Source of the DNA: Fidelibacterota bacterium
GTDB lineage: Bacteria > Fidelibacterota > UBA8477 > JABMPR01
Reading direction: 5' to 3'
Assembly (NCBI GenBank): GCA_034716895.1
Contig: JAYEKW010000062.1
Span: forward strand, 17,885 to 81,884
DNA: 64,000 nucleotides
Part shown: positions 47,407 through 58,513 of the stretch, in pieces
How positions within the stretch are numbered: the first letter of the stretch is position 1
How the letters are laid out: each line of letters begins with the position of its first letter
Translations under genes and position numbers: made by a program
The notes under the pieces: generated by a model
Databases searched by the model: none
What the model was told of the DNA's origin: nothing
The model's input: the letters and a program-made list of their open reading frames with translations, nothing else

Positions 47407-47740
47407 ATCACCAAGCTTCGCTTAAGAGCTTTACCCCGGTAAACTTGATTAAACATTTTTTGTGCAATAAAAGCAATCGCGAATTTCGCTAATTGCACGA
47501 ATAATCCTCCCTCGGGGGAGGTGCTCCGCAGGAGCGGAGGGAGTTTGCAGGCAAAGCTACAGATTTAAAAAAAGTCCCACTATTCCTGACAGGGGCAGCT
47601 GATATCAAAACCTGTTTTCAAGCGCTCCTGGCTTCGTTTTTTTACTTCGCCGTAACAAGTAGAACTCAAACAGGCTTAAGCACCCCCAAAAAATGTCCCC
47701 TGAAACCAGTTTGGCTTCGCTGGAAACTAGTTTCGGAATA

Positions 47741-49222
47741 TCAATACGCCTTCGCGAAAATCACCAACTGCGAACCCTCCTCACCGGTATAGACACAACT
47801 CCCACTTTCAGCAGGCTGGTCAAACGGAATACAGCGAATGGTAGCTTTGGTCTCATTCTTGATCTTTTCCTCAACTTCTGCTGACCCATTCCAGTAGGCT
47901 TTGATAAATCCACCCTTATTCTCGAGAACGTCTTTGAATTCATCCCAGCTGTCAACTGTATGAGTATTTGATTCACGGAAATCCAGAGCCCGTTGAAAAA
48001 GCTCATCCTGAACCGTAATTATTTGTTCACTGAGGAAATTTACCAGTTCACTTAATTGAATGAAGTGCTTCTCTCCAGAATGTCTGATGACAATCACTGC
48101 CTGACCCTTTTCAATGTCTTTCGGTCCCAGCTCAACTCGCATGGGCACACCACGCATTTCCCATTCATTGAACTTGAAACCAGGTGAAGCTTTTTCATCA
48201 TCATCAACATGGACGCGAACATCAGCATGACGCAAATCAGCAACCAGCTCATCCACTTTACTCATAACCAATTCTTTTGTGTTGTTCCGGAATATGGGAA
48301 TAATGACGACTTGATAAGGAGCAATCTTAGGTGGTAAAATCAAACCCTTATCATCACCATGAGACATGATCAGACCACCAACCAGGCGAGTACTGACCCC
48401 CCAGCTGGTGGCGTAAACCAGTTCTTCTTTATTATCTTTATTCTGAAAGGTTACTTCGAAGGCTTTAGCGAAATTCTGTCCCAGATTATGGCTAGTTCCA
48501 GCCTGCAATGCTTTGGTATCACGCATCATGGCTTCGATGGAATAGGTGCTCACCGCCCCAGCAAATTTTTCAGATTCAGTTTTCTTGCCTGTGATAACTG
48601 GCATAGCCATGTATTCTTCCGCAAATCGGCGATAAACATTCAACATGGTGAGGGTCTCTTCCTGAGCCTCCTTCTCTGTCGCATGAGCAGTATGACCTTC
48701 CTGCCATAAGAACTCAGTCGTCCGCAGGAATAAGCGCGTACGCATCTCCCAACGAACAACATTGGCCCACTGATTGATCAATAGGGGAAGATCCCGATAG
48801 GATGAGATCCATTTTTTGTACATGTGCCAGATGATGGTTTCTGAAGTAGGGCGTACAACCAAGGCTTCATCCAGTTTTTTACCACCAGCATGGGTAACTA
48901 CAGCAACTTCAGGGGCAAAACCCTCAACATGCTCAGCTTCCTTTTTTAAAAAGTGTTCAGGGATGAACATGGGGAAGTAAGCATTTACATGACCGGTGTC
49001 TTTAAACATTTGATCCAGGACGCCTTGAAATTTCTCCCAAATAGCATATCCATACGGTCGAATAACCATGGTTCCTTTGACTGGACCATAATCAGCCAGT
49101 TTGGCTTGTCTAACCACATCAGTATACCATTTTGAAAAATCTTCGCTTTGTTTTGTTACCCCTTTTGACACAACGGGCATCCTTTCTATAACTGAGAACC
49201 GCTCATTCGGCACAGACTGCAA
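47741..49222 (-). CDS. proS: Prolyl-tRNA synthetase, archaeal/eukaryotic-type class II
   Basis: Class II motifs and a ProRS C-terminal domain. ~490 aa without a YbaK insertion. The start may be Met at 49180. Confidence 0.85.
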   Translation of the reverse strand: MQSVPNERFSVIERMPVVSKGVTKQSEDFSKWYTDVVRQAKLADYGPVKGTMVIRPYGYAIWEKFQGVLDQMFKDTGHVNAYFPMFIPEHFLKKEAEHVEGFAPEVAVVTHAGGKKLDEALVVRPTSETIIWHMYKKWISSYRDLPLLINQWANVVRWEMRTRLFLRTTEFLWQEGHTAHATEKEAQEETLTMLNVYRRFAEEYMAMPVITGKKTESEKFAGAVSTYSIEAMMRDTKALQAGTSHNLGQNFAKAFEVTFQNKDNKEELVYATSWGVSTRLVGGLIMSHGDDKGLILPPKIAPYQVVIIPIFRNNTKELVMSKVDELVADLRHADVRVHVDDDEKASPGFKFNEWEMRGVPMRVELGPKDIEKGQAVIVIRHSGEKHFIQLSELVNFLSEQIITVQDELFQRALDFRESNTHTVDSWDEFKDVLENKGGFIKAYWNGSAEVEEKIKNETKATIRCIPFDQPAESGSCVYTGEEGSQLVIFAKAY

Positions 49223-49398
49223 TCATAACATGTACACCCCCCCAACACAATGAGGAAAAGTACTATCTGGAGGCTGAGCACAGTCGAAGCCCTGGTTCAT
49301 ATCGTACATGGGGATTAGACATTTCGATGAACTCAATGTCCTTGATCTACAAGTGACCCTGCGCAAAGCCTGAAATTCAGGGACAATCAAATCTTGTC

Positions 49399-50862
49399 TT
49401 GAACACCAGCAAGTACTACAATATCGGCCAATACGGAAAGGTCATTCAGATCAGAAAAATAATTTTCATAGTTGCGCTGTACAGCTTAACCAATCTGGGA
49501 TTTTCGGCTTCTGAACCGGATACTACAAAATTTGACAGGGAAACCCGTGGTCGCCCCTTTAGTCTTGAAGATTTTTCGCAAAAACCGACTCCGAAAAAAC
49601 TTAAATCGAATCCCGATGGGGTTCCCGCATGGGTTCGTTCCGGTGAACTTCAATCTGATACAGCTTACTATGGAATTGGGAGATCCACCATTTCAGCAGA
49701 TGAAGCTGACGACGATGCCCGTCTCCGATTTGCTCAATATGTTGAAGTAAGTGTTCAAAGTATTGCTACCCAGCAGATTGCTGAGAATCGGGATCGCCTG
49801 GAAGAAAATTATAACTATGAGTCATTGGTATCTACCAATATGAATCTGCGCAGTATTAAGATTAGTGAGCGCTATCTTAGCAAAGATTCAACCTTTTATA
49901 GTTTGATCAAATATGGGAAGTCGGAATACCATGCTTTGGTCACTCAGGAGATCCAAATATCCCTGGAAACTGATATTCGCAAACAGGAACTGGCTCATCA
50001 GGCAGCAGAAGCCTTGAGTGCTGATTCTCTTCGTCATAAGCTGATGATGGACAGCCTGACTTTGGGTCGTAGGCAGGCTGTCATTGACTCTCTGGATCAT
50101 ATCCTCAAGCTGGAAGAAGCCCGGCAGCGTCAGGAACAAGACCGCATTGATCTGGTCAAAAACCAGTATTCAGCTTTTCTCAAAATCATTCCGCGCTATC
50201 AATTAATAGACGTACCCAGCGCTGTTACTCCGCAGAGTTGGTTCCACATTTCCAGTCGTTGGAATCCAGATACGCAGGATATCAGGCAGGTCAAAGTCGG
50301 AGGATCAGTTAGTCTTGTCAGCATTGAAACCAGTTTTTGGGCAACCGAGTCCACCATTGATCAGGGTGATCTGTCCCTTAAACTTCAGATTCTTCCAGAA
50401 CGAGGTGAAATATACCCGGTTAGCCTGGCTCTGGGCTGGGTCGGATATCTCGCAGCTTTTTCACCCGATAACCTGATCAATCTGAGAGAAAGTCCGACCA
50501 CCGATCAAATATGGGAAGCACTAAACGATGAACTCTCTGATCCCTCTTCACAAGGATCTAGTTTTTTTCTTACTGCTACGGTTGGAGTTCCACAGGTCAA
50601 CAATCATATTTCAGTCTATGCCGATAAACGAAAAGTATCTCTAGCCGGCATCTGGTATCCTTTCCCGCGTCACATGGGGGAGGCGATCAGCATTATCAAT
50701 CAGATCGATTACATCAGTGCTGATGAATACCACAACAGATTTGGTGACCAATTTCAGTGGCAGTTTGGTCTGAGATTGATAGCCATCTCAAATCGCTTTG
50801 CCACCATGATTAGCTATGAGGATCATGAGGTCTGGATGCTGAATTTTGAATTTCAGTATTAA
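49399..50862 (+). CDS. Secreted hypothetical protein, possibly outer membrane (LPP20-like N-terminal region, C-terminus ends in aromatic residues)
   Basis: 487 aa. TTG start, hydrophobic signal-like N-terminus, ends ...NFEFQY. Confidence 0.4.
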   Translation: MNTSKYYNIGQYGKVIQIRKIIFIVALYSLTNLGFSASEPDTTKFDRETRGRPFSLEDFSQKPTPKKLKSNPDGVPAWVRSGELQSDTAYYGIGRSTISADEADDDARLRFAQYVEVSVQSIATQQIAENRDRLEENYNYESLVSTNMNLRSIKISERYLSKDSTFYSLIKYGKSEYHALVTQEIQISLETDIRKQELAHQAAEALSADSLRHKLMMDSLTLGRRQAVIDSLDHILKLEEARQRQEQDRIDLVKNQYSAFLKIIPRYQLIDVPSAVTPQSWFHISSRWNPDTQDIRQVKVGGSVSLVSIETSFWATESTIDQGDLSLKLQILPERGEIYPVSLALGWVGYLAAFSPDNLINLRESPTTDQIWEALNDELSDPSSQGSSFFLTATVGVPQVNNHISVYADKRKVSLAGIWYPFPRHMGEAISIINQIDYISADEYHNRFGDQFQWQFGLRLIAISNRFATMISYEDHEVWMLNFEFQY

Positions 50863-51131
50863 AATGAAACCACGGATTTCACTGAACAGGGATAATCGCG
50901 AATTACGCTAATTACACGAAATCTTTTCTCGCGCAGACGAGACGCAGAGAACGTGAAGGTTTATAGTCTAAAGATTTCAAAATTCTACATTTGTTAATCG
51001 ATGTTCAGAATGAAAATCCTCAACATTCAGATCAATTGTTTCTGAATCCTGTCCCCCTCTATGTTTATATATTTACGTTTCACTACGATGCACAATTCAA
51101 ATTATCATGGGTAAACTTCTGAATTCTGATT

Positions 51132-52304
51132 TTAAATCTTCACAAAAATTTTCTTATAATACAGATACCACAGAATCCCCAGCCAGAACAGGATAAAGGT
51201 AATTGCAAACAGGAGTGAGCCATTCAATTCACCTGCCAGTGGAACAAAGAAACCGTTGTATAGCGCGTGTTTGATCGAAATGATGGCTCCTTCTGAATCA
51301 GTGGTTTTTATCCGATACATCAATCGTCCAATGATTCCAGATCCCACAAATACCACCAGGGGATTGCTGCCGAAAACAATGGCAGGTTTGGTCCAGAAAG
51401 TCATTTTTTTTACATCGATAAGGTAAGAGGAAATAACGATCATCAGGATTGCCAGTCCATCCATGACGATAACATAGGAAACCGTCCACAATTGTTTATT
51501 AATTGGTTCTATCAGGCTGAGCAGTGATCCTGCAATAAAAAGGATGATTCCAATTACAGTCAGATTTGTCAATTTCTCCTGATGGCCAATTGGACGACGT
51601 AGATATTCACCCAGCCAAAAGCCACTCATGAGTGTTACCGCTGCCGGCAGGGTGGATAACAGGCCCTCTGGATCAAATGGCAATCCCATACCGCCGTATA
51701 TATGAGCTTCACCCAGAATGAGGATATCCAGATAACGGACAAAATTATATTCCAGCTCAAAACTACCGGCACCCCAACCTTCAATTAGCGGAACCCGCAT
51801 AAAGAACTCGTAGATCAGGATGAGTACTGCAACGGACAGAATCCTATCCCTGTTTTTCGGGAAGTAAAGAATGATCAATCCACCGATCAGATAGCTCAAG
51901 CCAATTCTTTGCAAGACGCCCACAAAACGCAATGTTTCAAATCGGCGGAATATGTCGAGGAATTCAAAATCAGCAGCCATTTGAGCATTAAGCGGGATGT
52001 TGAATGGGAAACCATTCAAAAACAAACCGAATCCGATGATGATAGCAGTCCGGGACCAGACTTTTTTCTTCAAATCCCTTACATCAGCACCAGCTTCCAC
52101 CCGTTTTCCGAAACTGAGCGCCATGGCTACACCCACAATAAACAGGAAGAAAGGGAATACCAGATCTGTTGGTGTCCAACCGTGCCATTTGGCGTGTCGA
52201 AGCGGACCATATATGTGGGACCAGCTACCCGGATTGTTGACCAGGATCATGAGACCAACTGTCAATCCCCGAAAAACATCCAACGATATCATCCGACCTT
52301 TCAT
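51132..52304 (-). CDS. DUF1624/HGSNAT-like integral membrane acyltransferase
   Basis: N-terminal RMISLDVFRGLTVGLMILVNNPG is typical of DUF1624 (heparan-alpha-glucosaminide N-acetyltransferase-like) proteins. ~10 TM. Confidence 0.65.
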   Translation of the reverse strand: MKGRMISLDVFRGLTVGLMILVNNPGSWSHIYGPLRHAKWHGWTPTDLVFPFFLFIVGVAMALSFGKRVEAGADVRDLKKKVWSRTAIIIGFGLFLNGFPFNIPLNAQMAADFEFLDIFRRFETLRFVGVLQRIGLSYLIGGLIILYFPKNRDRILSVAVLILIYEFFMRVPLIEGWGAGSFELEYNFVRYLDILILGEAHIYGGMGLPFDPEGLLSTLPAAVTLMSGFWLGEYLRRPIGHQEKLTNLTVIGIILFIAGSLLSLIEPINKQLWTVSYVIVMDGLAILMIVISSYLIDVKKMTFWTKPAIVFGSNPLVVFVGSGIIGRLMYRIKTTDSEGAIISIKHALYNGFFVPLAGELNGSLLFAITFILFWLGILWYLYYKKIFVKI

Positions 52305-52827
52305 ACACTCTCCTTTAAAGCTTTATTAATTGCCACAAAGACACCAAGTCACAAAGACGCATATTGGGAAGCCATTGCGTGGTTTAGTATTTTCAAGATA
52401 GTTTGGTATCTATGCACTCATATAGGATCCAAAATAGGGTTAAAGTGAAAAATAGCCACATTAGATTTTGGAAAAGTCATGCAAACAGCCAATTGCTTGC
52501 TTCGCAAGAATTCATATGATGCAAGACATCTCTCCCCTCCAAGAGAGATACCCACAGAGGAGGGGGGGTTCAAAAGTCCAACATTTTGATTTCAGCCCTC
52601 AAAACATCGATGAGTGAGAATAATATCAGAATTCTCAGGATGAAAATAATCCCTCCAATCACATCAAACTGGTTTAATATTTGCTTCGAGCAATCATGAA
52701 TAATCCACATCAGTTAGCTAAATGGTAAATTGATGCAGTGAGTTCACACTTGAAATTTGGACTGGGAAGTTGTTATTTATCCCGTGTTTGATCAACTTAG
52801 CCTTAACCATAGATTGGAGCTAGTATC

Positions 52828-53616
52828 GTGACAGGTATTGATACTGAACTATACCCGAAAGCAGAAACTCGCCATAGTCAGCAGAGCAGTGCTTTTAAAA
52901 AAGCCAAAAGAGCTTTGCTGGATGAACGCATCAGTGCTCTAACTGGAGCCTTTTTGGCATTTTTTATTCTAGGTCACCTCATACTGGAAAGCAGTATTCT
53001 GGTGAGCGCCCAACTATATGAAGATATTGCATATTTCATGGAACATACTGTTCCCATGGCGCAGCCCCTGATCTTTATCGTAACCATCGTCTTTTTTGTT
53101 CACTTTGTCTGGGCCGGAAGGAAAATCCCGGGCAAATTACGGGATCGCAAAATAATGTTGGAATTGGGTAATAAACTAGAGACTTCTCGTAAGGGTTGGC
53201 AGCAAGATCCCAAATCTGCAATAAAGCTACGCTCTCATTTTGAGACCTCACTGTGGATCACACAGGTCCGAACCGGCATGATCGTTCTGGCTACCGGAGC
53301 TTTTCACCTCTTCCTGGTTATGTGGAATATTTTCACTGATATGGGAATCGTTGGACAAACCGTTGGGTTGACCATGGAAGTTGCTACTTCCCGTGTGGAA
53401 AGTGGGCTCTGGATTTTGTATGCAATTCTTATGATCAGTGTTGTTGCTCACATGGCCATTGGCGTTTACCGGCTGTTGGTCAAATGGCTGGCTGACACCT
53501 GGTTTGTCCGCAACTATGCCAAAGCACTTTTCTACTTACTGTTTTGGTTCTACACGATCTTGGGAACTGCTACTGTACTGGCTATGGCCGGTTCACTGAA
53601 AGGAATTCTCTCATGA
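52828..53616 (+). CDS. sdhC: Succinate dehydrogenase/fumarate reductase cytochrome b membrane anchor (single large type-B subunit)
   Basis: 262 aa, 5 TM with conserved His residues. It lies directly upstream of sdhA with a 4-bp overlap. Confidence 0.7.
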   Translation: MTGIDTELYPKAETRHSQQSSAFKKAKRALLDERISALTGAFLAFFILGHLILESSILVSAQLYEDIAYFMEHTVPMAQPLIFIVTIVFFVHFVWAGRKIPGKLRDRKIMLELGNKLETSRKGWQQDPKSAIKLRSHFETSLWITQVRTGMIVLATGAFHLFLVMWNIFTDMGIVGQTVGLTMEVATSRVESGLWILYAILMISVVAHMAIGVYRLLVKWLADTWFVRNYAKALFYLLFWFYTILGTATVLAMAGSLKGILS

Positions 53617-55562
53617 AAGTCATAACCACAGAAGTACTTATTATAGGTGCAGGTCTAGCGGGTGAGCGAGCAGCAATTGCCAGCGCTCAGGCTGGACTTG
53701 ATGTAACCATGTTATCCCTGGTTCCCCCAAGAAGAAGTCATTCAGCTGCTGCGCAAGGTGGTATGCAGGCCTCTTTAGGTAACTCAATTAAGGGAAAAGG
53801 TGATAATGCCACTATTCACTGGCTGGATACTGTAAAAGGCTCGGATTGGGGTGCAGATCAGGAAGTGGCTCGAATTTTTGCTGACAATGCGCCCATCGCC
53901 ATGCGCGAAATGGCCCATTTTGGGGTACCCTGGAATCGGGTCGAGGGTGGTCCTCGTGATGTTTTTATCAAGGGCAAGAAAACAACTATTGTTGAAGATT
54001 TTGATAAAGAAGGCCTCATTACTGCCCGTAGTTTTGGTGGAACTGCCAAATGGCGAACCTGCTATACTGCAGATGGTACAGGCCATACTGTCTTATACGC
54101 TATGGATAATTTGGCAGTGCAATTGGATATCACTATTCATGACCGAATGGAAGCTCTCAGCCTGATTCACGAGGATGGCATCTGTATGGGTGCCATTGTA
54201 CGTTCCCTGAGAACGGGTGAAATCATGGCCTACATGTCCAAAGCTACAGCCATTGCCACAGGTGGTTATGGCCGGATCTATGGTGAATCAACCAACGCAA
54301 TTATTAATGAAGGCACTGGCTCCTGGATTGCCTTGCAAACCGGTATCGTTCCTTTAGGTAATATGGAAGCAGTCCAGTTTCACCCAACAGGAATTGTTCC
54401 TACGGACATTTTGGTAACGGAAGGTTGCCGTGGTGACGGTGGTTTACTTCTTGATGTTGATGAATATCGCTTTATGCCCGATTATGAGCCTGTTGCTCAG
54501 GAGCTTGCTTCCCGGGATGTGGTTTCACGACGGATGAAGGAACACATGCTTAAGGGTAAAGGTATTAAAAGTTCCTACGGAGAACATCTTTGGCTGGATC
54601 TGCGGCATCTTGGTGCTGACCATCTACACACTAAGCTACGTGAAGTATATGATATTTGTATGTACTTTGTTGGCGTAGACCCCATTAAGGAACTAATTCC
54701 CGTAAGACCCACACAACACTATTCCATGGGAGGTATCAGAGTCAATAAGGACGGACACGCTTATGGTTTAAAAGGTTTATTCGCTCTGGGTGAAGTATCG
54801 AATTGGGATATGCACGGCTTTAACCGTTTGGGCGGTAACTCGCTGGCGGAAACAGTGGTTGCCGGTATGATTGTTGGTAAAAAAGTTGCTGCTTATGCCC
54901 AATCTGCTGAGTTGAATGCAAATGGAACATTAGCGGAACAATTTGCCAAACAGCAAACTGATAAAATCGCTCATTTGATGAACAATACAGGTAAAGAAAA
55001 CGTCTATAAAATTCGTGATGAGATAGCTTATTTCCTCAGAGAAGATGTTCATATTTTCAGAACTGGTGAAAAACTGCAAAATGCTGTTAATGGTCTTAAG
55101 GATATCCTGGGTCGCATTGATCAGATAAAAGTTCAATCAACTGCTCCTGGCATGAATCCTGAACTTTCACAAGCGCTTCGTATCGAAGGTATGGCCAAGC
55201 AAGCTTATATTATCGCCAAGGGTGCTTTGTTAAGAACAGAATCTCGTGGAGCTCACACCCGTGAGGACTATCCTGCTCGTGATGATAAGAACTGGTTGAA
55301 TAGAACCCTGACTACCTGGCCAGTGGGGGCAGACGAGCCTGAATTCAATTATGAACCTGTGGGTCAGTTGGACCTACCTCCGGGTGATCGTGGCTACGGT
55401 GGGGGGCAAATGGTTGAAATGGATTTGACTTTGGAGGAATACAATGCCAAGGTCGATGCGGCACAAACCGCATTTGGTAAACACCCAACGTCTGAACCCA
55501 TGGGAACTCGTATCCCAAAAGAAGCCTGGCGTGAGGAATCACCCTATAAGGATGCAAAATAA
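53613..55562 (+). CDS. sdhA: Succinate dehydrogenase/fumarate reductase flavoprotein subunit
   Basis: MKVITTEVLIIGAGLAGERAA (FAD Rossmann) and SHSAAAQGGMQA (FAD histidine region). The ORF-track start at 53544 is rejected. Confidence 0.9.
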   Translation: MKVITTEVLIIGAGLAGERAAIASAQAGLDVTMLSLVPPRRSHSAAAQGGMQASLGNSIKGKGDNATIHWLDTVKGSDWGADQEVARIFADNAPIAMREMAHFGVPWNRVEGGPRDVFIKGKKTTIVEDFDKEGLITARSFGGTAKWRTCYTADGTGHTVLYAMDNLAVQLDITIHDRMEALSLIHEDGICMGAIVRSLRTGEIMAYMSKATAIATGGYGRIYGESTNAIINEGTGSWIALQTGIVPLGNMEAVQFHPTGIVPTDILVTEGCRGDGGLLLDVDEYRFMPDYEPVAQELASRDVVSRRMKEHMLKGKGIKSSYGEHLWLDLRHLGADHLHTKLREVYDICMYFVGVDPIKELIPVRPTQHYSMGGIRVNKDGHAYGLKGLFALGEVSNWDMHGFNRLGGNSLAETVVAGMIVGKKVAAYAQSAELNANGTLAEQFAKQQTDKIAHLMNNTGKENVYKIRDEIAYFLREDVHIFRTGEKLQNAVNGLKDILGRIDQIKVQSTAPGMNPELSQALRIEGMAKQAYIIAKGALLRTESRGAHTREDYPARDDKNWLNRTLTTWPVGADEPEFNYEPVGQLDLPPGDRGYGGGQMVEMDLTLEEYNAKVDAAQTAFGKHPTSEPMGTRIPKEAWREESPYKDAK

Positions 55563-56308
55563 TGGCTCGTATACTAACGTTTAAAATATTCAGATATAAT
55601 CCAACCAAAGATAATGATGAACCACATATTGAAAGTTATGAGCTGGAAGAAACGCCTCGGTTAAATGTGTTTACAGCATTGCATCGGATTCGTGAGCAGC
55701 AAGCACCAGATATGATGTTTGACTTTGTCTGTCGAGCTGGTATCTGTGGGTCCTGTTCCATGATGATCAATGGTCGTCCGACATTAGCATGTCGCACTTT
55801 GACATCTGATCTGACTGATACTATTGAGCTTTTTCCACTACCATTTTTTAAATTGCTGGGCGATTTGTCTGTGGATACAGGAGTTTGGTTTCATGATATG
55901 GCCAAAAGGGTGGAATCCTGGATTCATACTCAAAAAGAATTTGATCCTGAAGCCATTGAAGAAAAAATGGATAACGCCACTGCGATCAAAATATATGAAG
56001 CTGATCGCTGTATCGAATGTGGATGTTGTATTGCTGGTTGTGCTACGGCCCAGGTTTACCCTGATTTTCTCGGAGCCACTGGCCTTAATCGGATTGGTCG
56101 CTTTATGTTTGATCCTCGGGACCAACGAGGTGAGCAGGAATGGTTTGAGTTGGTCTCAACCGATGTCGGTGTTTTTGGATGTATTGGAATGATGGCTTGT
56201 GACGATGTCTGTCCCAAGGATCTGCCATTACTGGAGGTTTTTGCTTACATTCGCCGTAAGATGAATTCCGGTGTTCAAGTTGCTGTGAAGGATCTTGAGC
56301 TTACATAG
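55562..56308 (+). CDS. sdhB: Succinate dehydrogenase/fumarate reductase iron-sulfur subunit
   Basis: CRAGICGSC (2Fe-2S), CIECGCCIAGC (4Fe-4S), and the C-terminal Cys cluster for 3Fe-4S. Confidence 0.9.
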   Translation: MARILTFKIFRYNPTKDNDEPHIESYELEETPRLNVFTALHRIREQQAPDMMFDFVCRAGICGSCSMMINGRPTLACRTLTSDLTDTIELFPLPFFKLLGDLSVDTGVWFHDMAKRVESWIHTQKEFDPEAIEEKMDNATAIKIYEADRCIECGCCIAGCATAQVYPDFLGATGLNRIGRFMFDPRDQRGEQEWFELVSTDVGVFGCIGMMACDDVCPKDLPLLEVFAYIRRKMNSGVQVAVKDLELT

Positions 56309-56436
56309 CGCGTTGCATGTTTGGGTTAGGAGATTCCTGAACTTGTCGAAGAGGCAGTAAAGGATTTGCAACTATCCTAACATAATCTGAAATATGTTTG
56401 GCTACGCGAAAACAGGTTTCATGTACAATAAGATTC

Positions 56437-56475
56437 AAAACTCAGGGCTGACAATTGTCAGCCCTGAGTTTTTTT
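56437..56475. terminator. Bidirectional rho-independent terminator
   Basis: aaaa-ctcagggctgaca-att-tgtcagccctgag-ttttttt: a ~12-bp perfect stem with an A-run 5' and a T-run 3'. It lies between the convergent sdhB and FG-GAP genes. Confidence 0.8.
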
Positions 56476-56551
56476 AGCCAAAACCTGTTTTCAGGGAGCA
56501 GAACGAGACAAACAGGTTTCAGGATTTTATTCCTCCGGAAACGGGTTGGAT

Positions 56552-58513
56552 TTACTGTAAATATACCATCTTAATCACATCACTTAACCTGCCAGCTGTG
56601 AATCTGGCAAAGTACACACCAGTACTGACCTGGAGATTGGCGTTGTTCAAGCCGTTCCACCTCACGGTGTGCTGACCAGCAGATCTATCAGCTTTCAGAA
56701 GATTCTTTACCACGTGACCCTGGACATCATAGATAATGATTGATACATCAGCGCTTTCCAGTAGATCATACTTGATCGTAGTGGTCGGGTTAAATGGATT
56801 TGGGAAAGCTGGATATAGTTTGACCTGCTGTGGTTGAACAGGAGACTCATCAATACTCACGATCGCTAGATTTTCATAATAATTAAAGGTGCCGTCGTAG
56901 TTTCCAATAGCCAGGTCCAGATCCCCATCACCGTTCAGATCCACCAGAGCTGGTGTGGCATTTTGACTGGCAGTTAACCCGGCAACCTCATCTGGATACT
57001 CTACCCAACTACCGCTTTCATAACTAAAGAATTGAATTTCATGAAACAGATCACCTGTGATCATATCTAAATTACGATCCAGATTTACATCACCCAAAGT
57101 CAGGATCGCATTACTGCCCACATCGAAACCGCTGAACAGACCGAGGTTTTCAGTCCATTGGGCATCAGCGGCCGTACCAGTGTTTTCAAAATAGGATATG
57201 CCGCCATCTTCCCGGCCAATGAACAGATCCAGATCATGGTCAAGATCAAAATCATATAACCGGGGACTGGACCATCCACCAGCATTGATCCCGGAGAACA
57301 TCCCGGACTGGTAGCTAAACCCGTTCTCAGTATTATGATGATAGTAAAGGTTACCACTGAGATCACCCACAACCAGATCGATCAGACCATCATCATCCAG
57401 ATCACCGGCAGCAACAGCTGAATAAATGGAATGATCAATACTGCTAAAGATACTGTGATCGGCGCTCCAGGCTGGTCCGTACATATTACCAGTATTTTCA
57501 AAGTATTTTAGGTCACCCATCTGACTACCACTGACCAGGTCCAGGTCTCCGTCCCCATCAAAATCAATGAATACGGGATTACTGGCACCACCCACATCCA
57601 GGACCCCGCCAAATAGCGAGGTGACGGCTGTCCAACTGGCTGAGCTATTGGTACCGCTATTTTCGTAGTATTGCAGTGGACCTGAAGCAGATCCATGCAC
57701 CAGATCAGGCTTGCCATCTCCGGTGAGATCGACCAGGCAGGGAGAGTTCCAATAAGTGGTTTGACCCACACTGGAAAACTGCGTGCTGGCATCACTCCAG
57801 TTCCAATTCGATTCATCACCATCGTTACGATAATAATAAAAACCATAGCCATCCCGACCAACAAGCAGATCAGTATCTCCGTCAGAATCCAGGTCAGAGA
57901 ACCAGGGATAAGCGTACAAGCCAACATCGAACCAGGTTTCAGACTCACTCTCCAGGAAAATGGCACTCTCTGACGTTCCCAAGTTTTGGTAATAGCGCAC
58001 ATTGCCGCTTTCACTGTAGCCAACCACCAGGTCATTGTCTCCATCATTGTCCAAATCAGCAAAATGGGGGACGGGGTTGGTGCCCACACTGAGATCGACG
58101 AAAAAATCATCAATTCGAACAAAATCTCCATTTACTGCATCACCGATATTGTCATAGAGTTGGAGCCCGGTAAACCCACCAGAAATAAAATCCAGGTCAC
58201 CATCTGCATCCAGATCGATACACACACCCACCTCACAGTCCAGCTCCTCAACCTCAGCAAACAGGTCTGCACCAGGTTGAAAATGAGGGCTGCTTGCTGA
58301 TCCAGTATTTTCAAAATAGCGGGGTGCAGCACTGATACTCCCCAGGATCAGGTCCTGATCACCATCACCATCCAAATCAGCAAAACGCGGTTGTGAGAAT
58401 GGCAGGGACGGAATGCCACTGGGGTTAAAGATATTATCATTCTGTTGCCACATCTGGGCATATCCCAGACTTGTTAAAAGCAAGGTGCTGATCAGATATT
58501 TAATAAATGGCAT
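56552..58513 (-). CDS. FG-GAP/VCBS repeat beta-propeller protein with a T9SS-type C-terminal sorting domain
   Basis: Has a signal peptide and many DLDGDGDQDL / DLDNDGDNDL FG-GAP Ca-binding repeats. The last ~80 aa (...GVYFARFTAGRLSDVIKMVYLQ) resemble a Por-secretion CTD. Confidence 0.7.
   Translation of the reverse strand: MPFIKYLISTLLLTSLGYAQMWQQNDNIFNPSGIPSLPFSQPRFADLDGDGDQDLILGSISAAPRYFENTGSASSPHFQPGADLFAEVEELDCEVGVCIDLDADGDLDFISGGFTGLQLYDNIGDAVNGDFVRIDDFFVDLSVGTNPVPHFADLDNDGDNDLVVGYSESGNVRYYQNLGTSESAIFLESESETWFDVGLYAYPWFSDLDSDGDTDLLVGRDGYGFYYYRNDGDESNWNWSDASTQFSSVGQTTYWNSPCLVDLTGDGKPDLVHGSASGPLQYYENSGTNSSASWTAVTSLFGGVLDVGGASNPVFIDFDGDGDLDLVSGSQMGDLKYFENTGNMYGPAWSADHSIFSSIDHSIYSAVAAGDLDDDGLIDLVVGDLSGNLYYHHNTENGFSYQSGMFSGINAGGWSSPRLYDFDLDHDLDLFIGREDGGISYFENTGTAADAQWTENLGLFSGFDVGSNAILTLGDVNLDRNLDMITGDLFHEIQFFSYESGSWVEYPDEVAGLTASQNATPALVDLNGDGDLDLAIGNYDGTFNYYENLAIVSIDESPVQPQQVKLYPAFPNPFNPTTTIKYDLLESADVSIIIYDVQGHVVKNLLKADRSAGQHTVRWNGLNNANLQVSTGVYFARFTAGRLSDVIKMVYLQ

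Noticed and set aside
53544-53612. Upstream extension of sdhA
   Set aside because: The FAD-binding Rossmann motif begins right after the Met at 53613, and the extension overlaps the sdhC 3' end.
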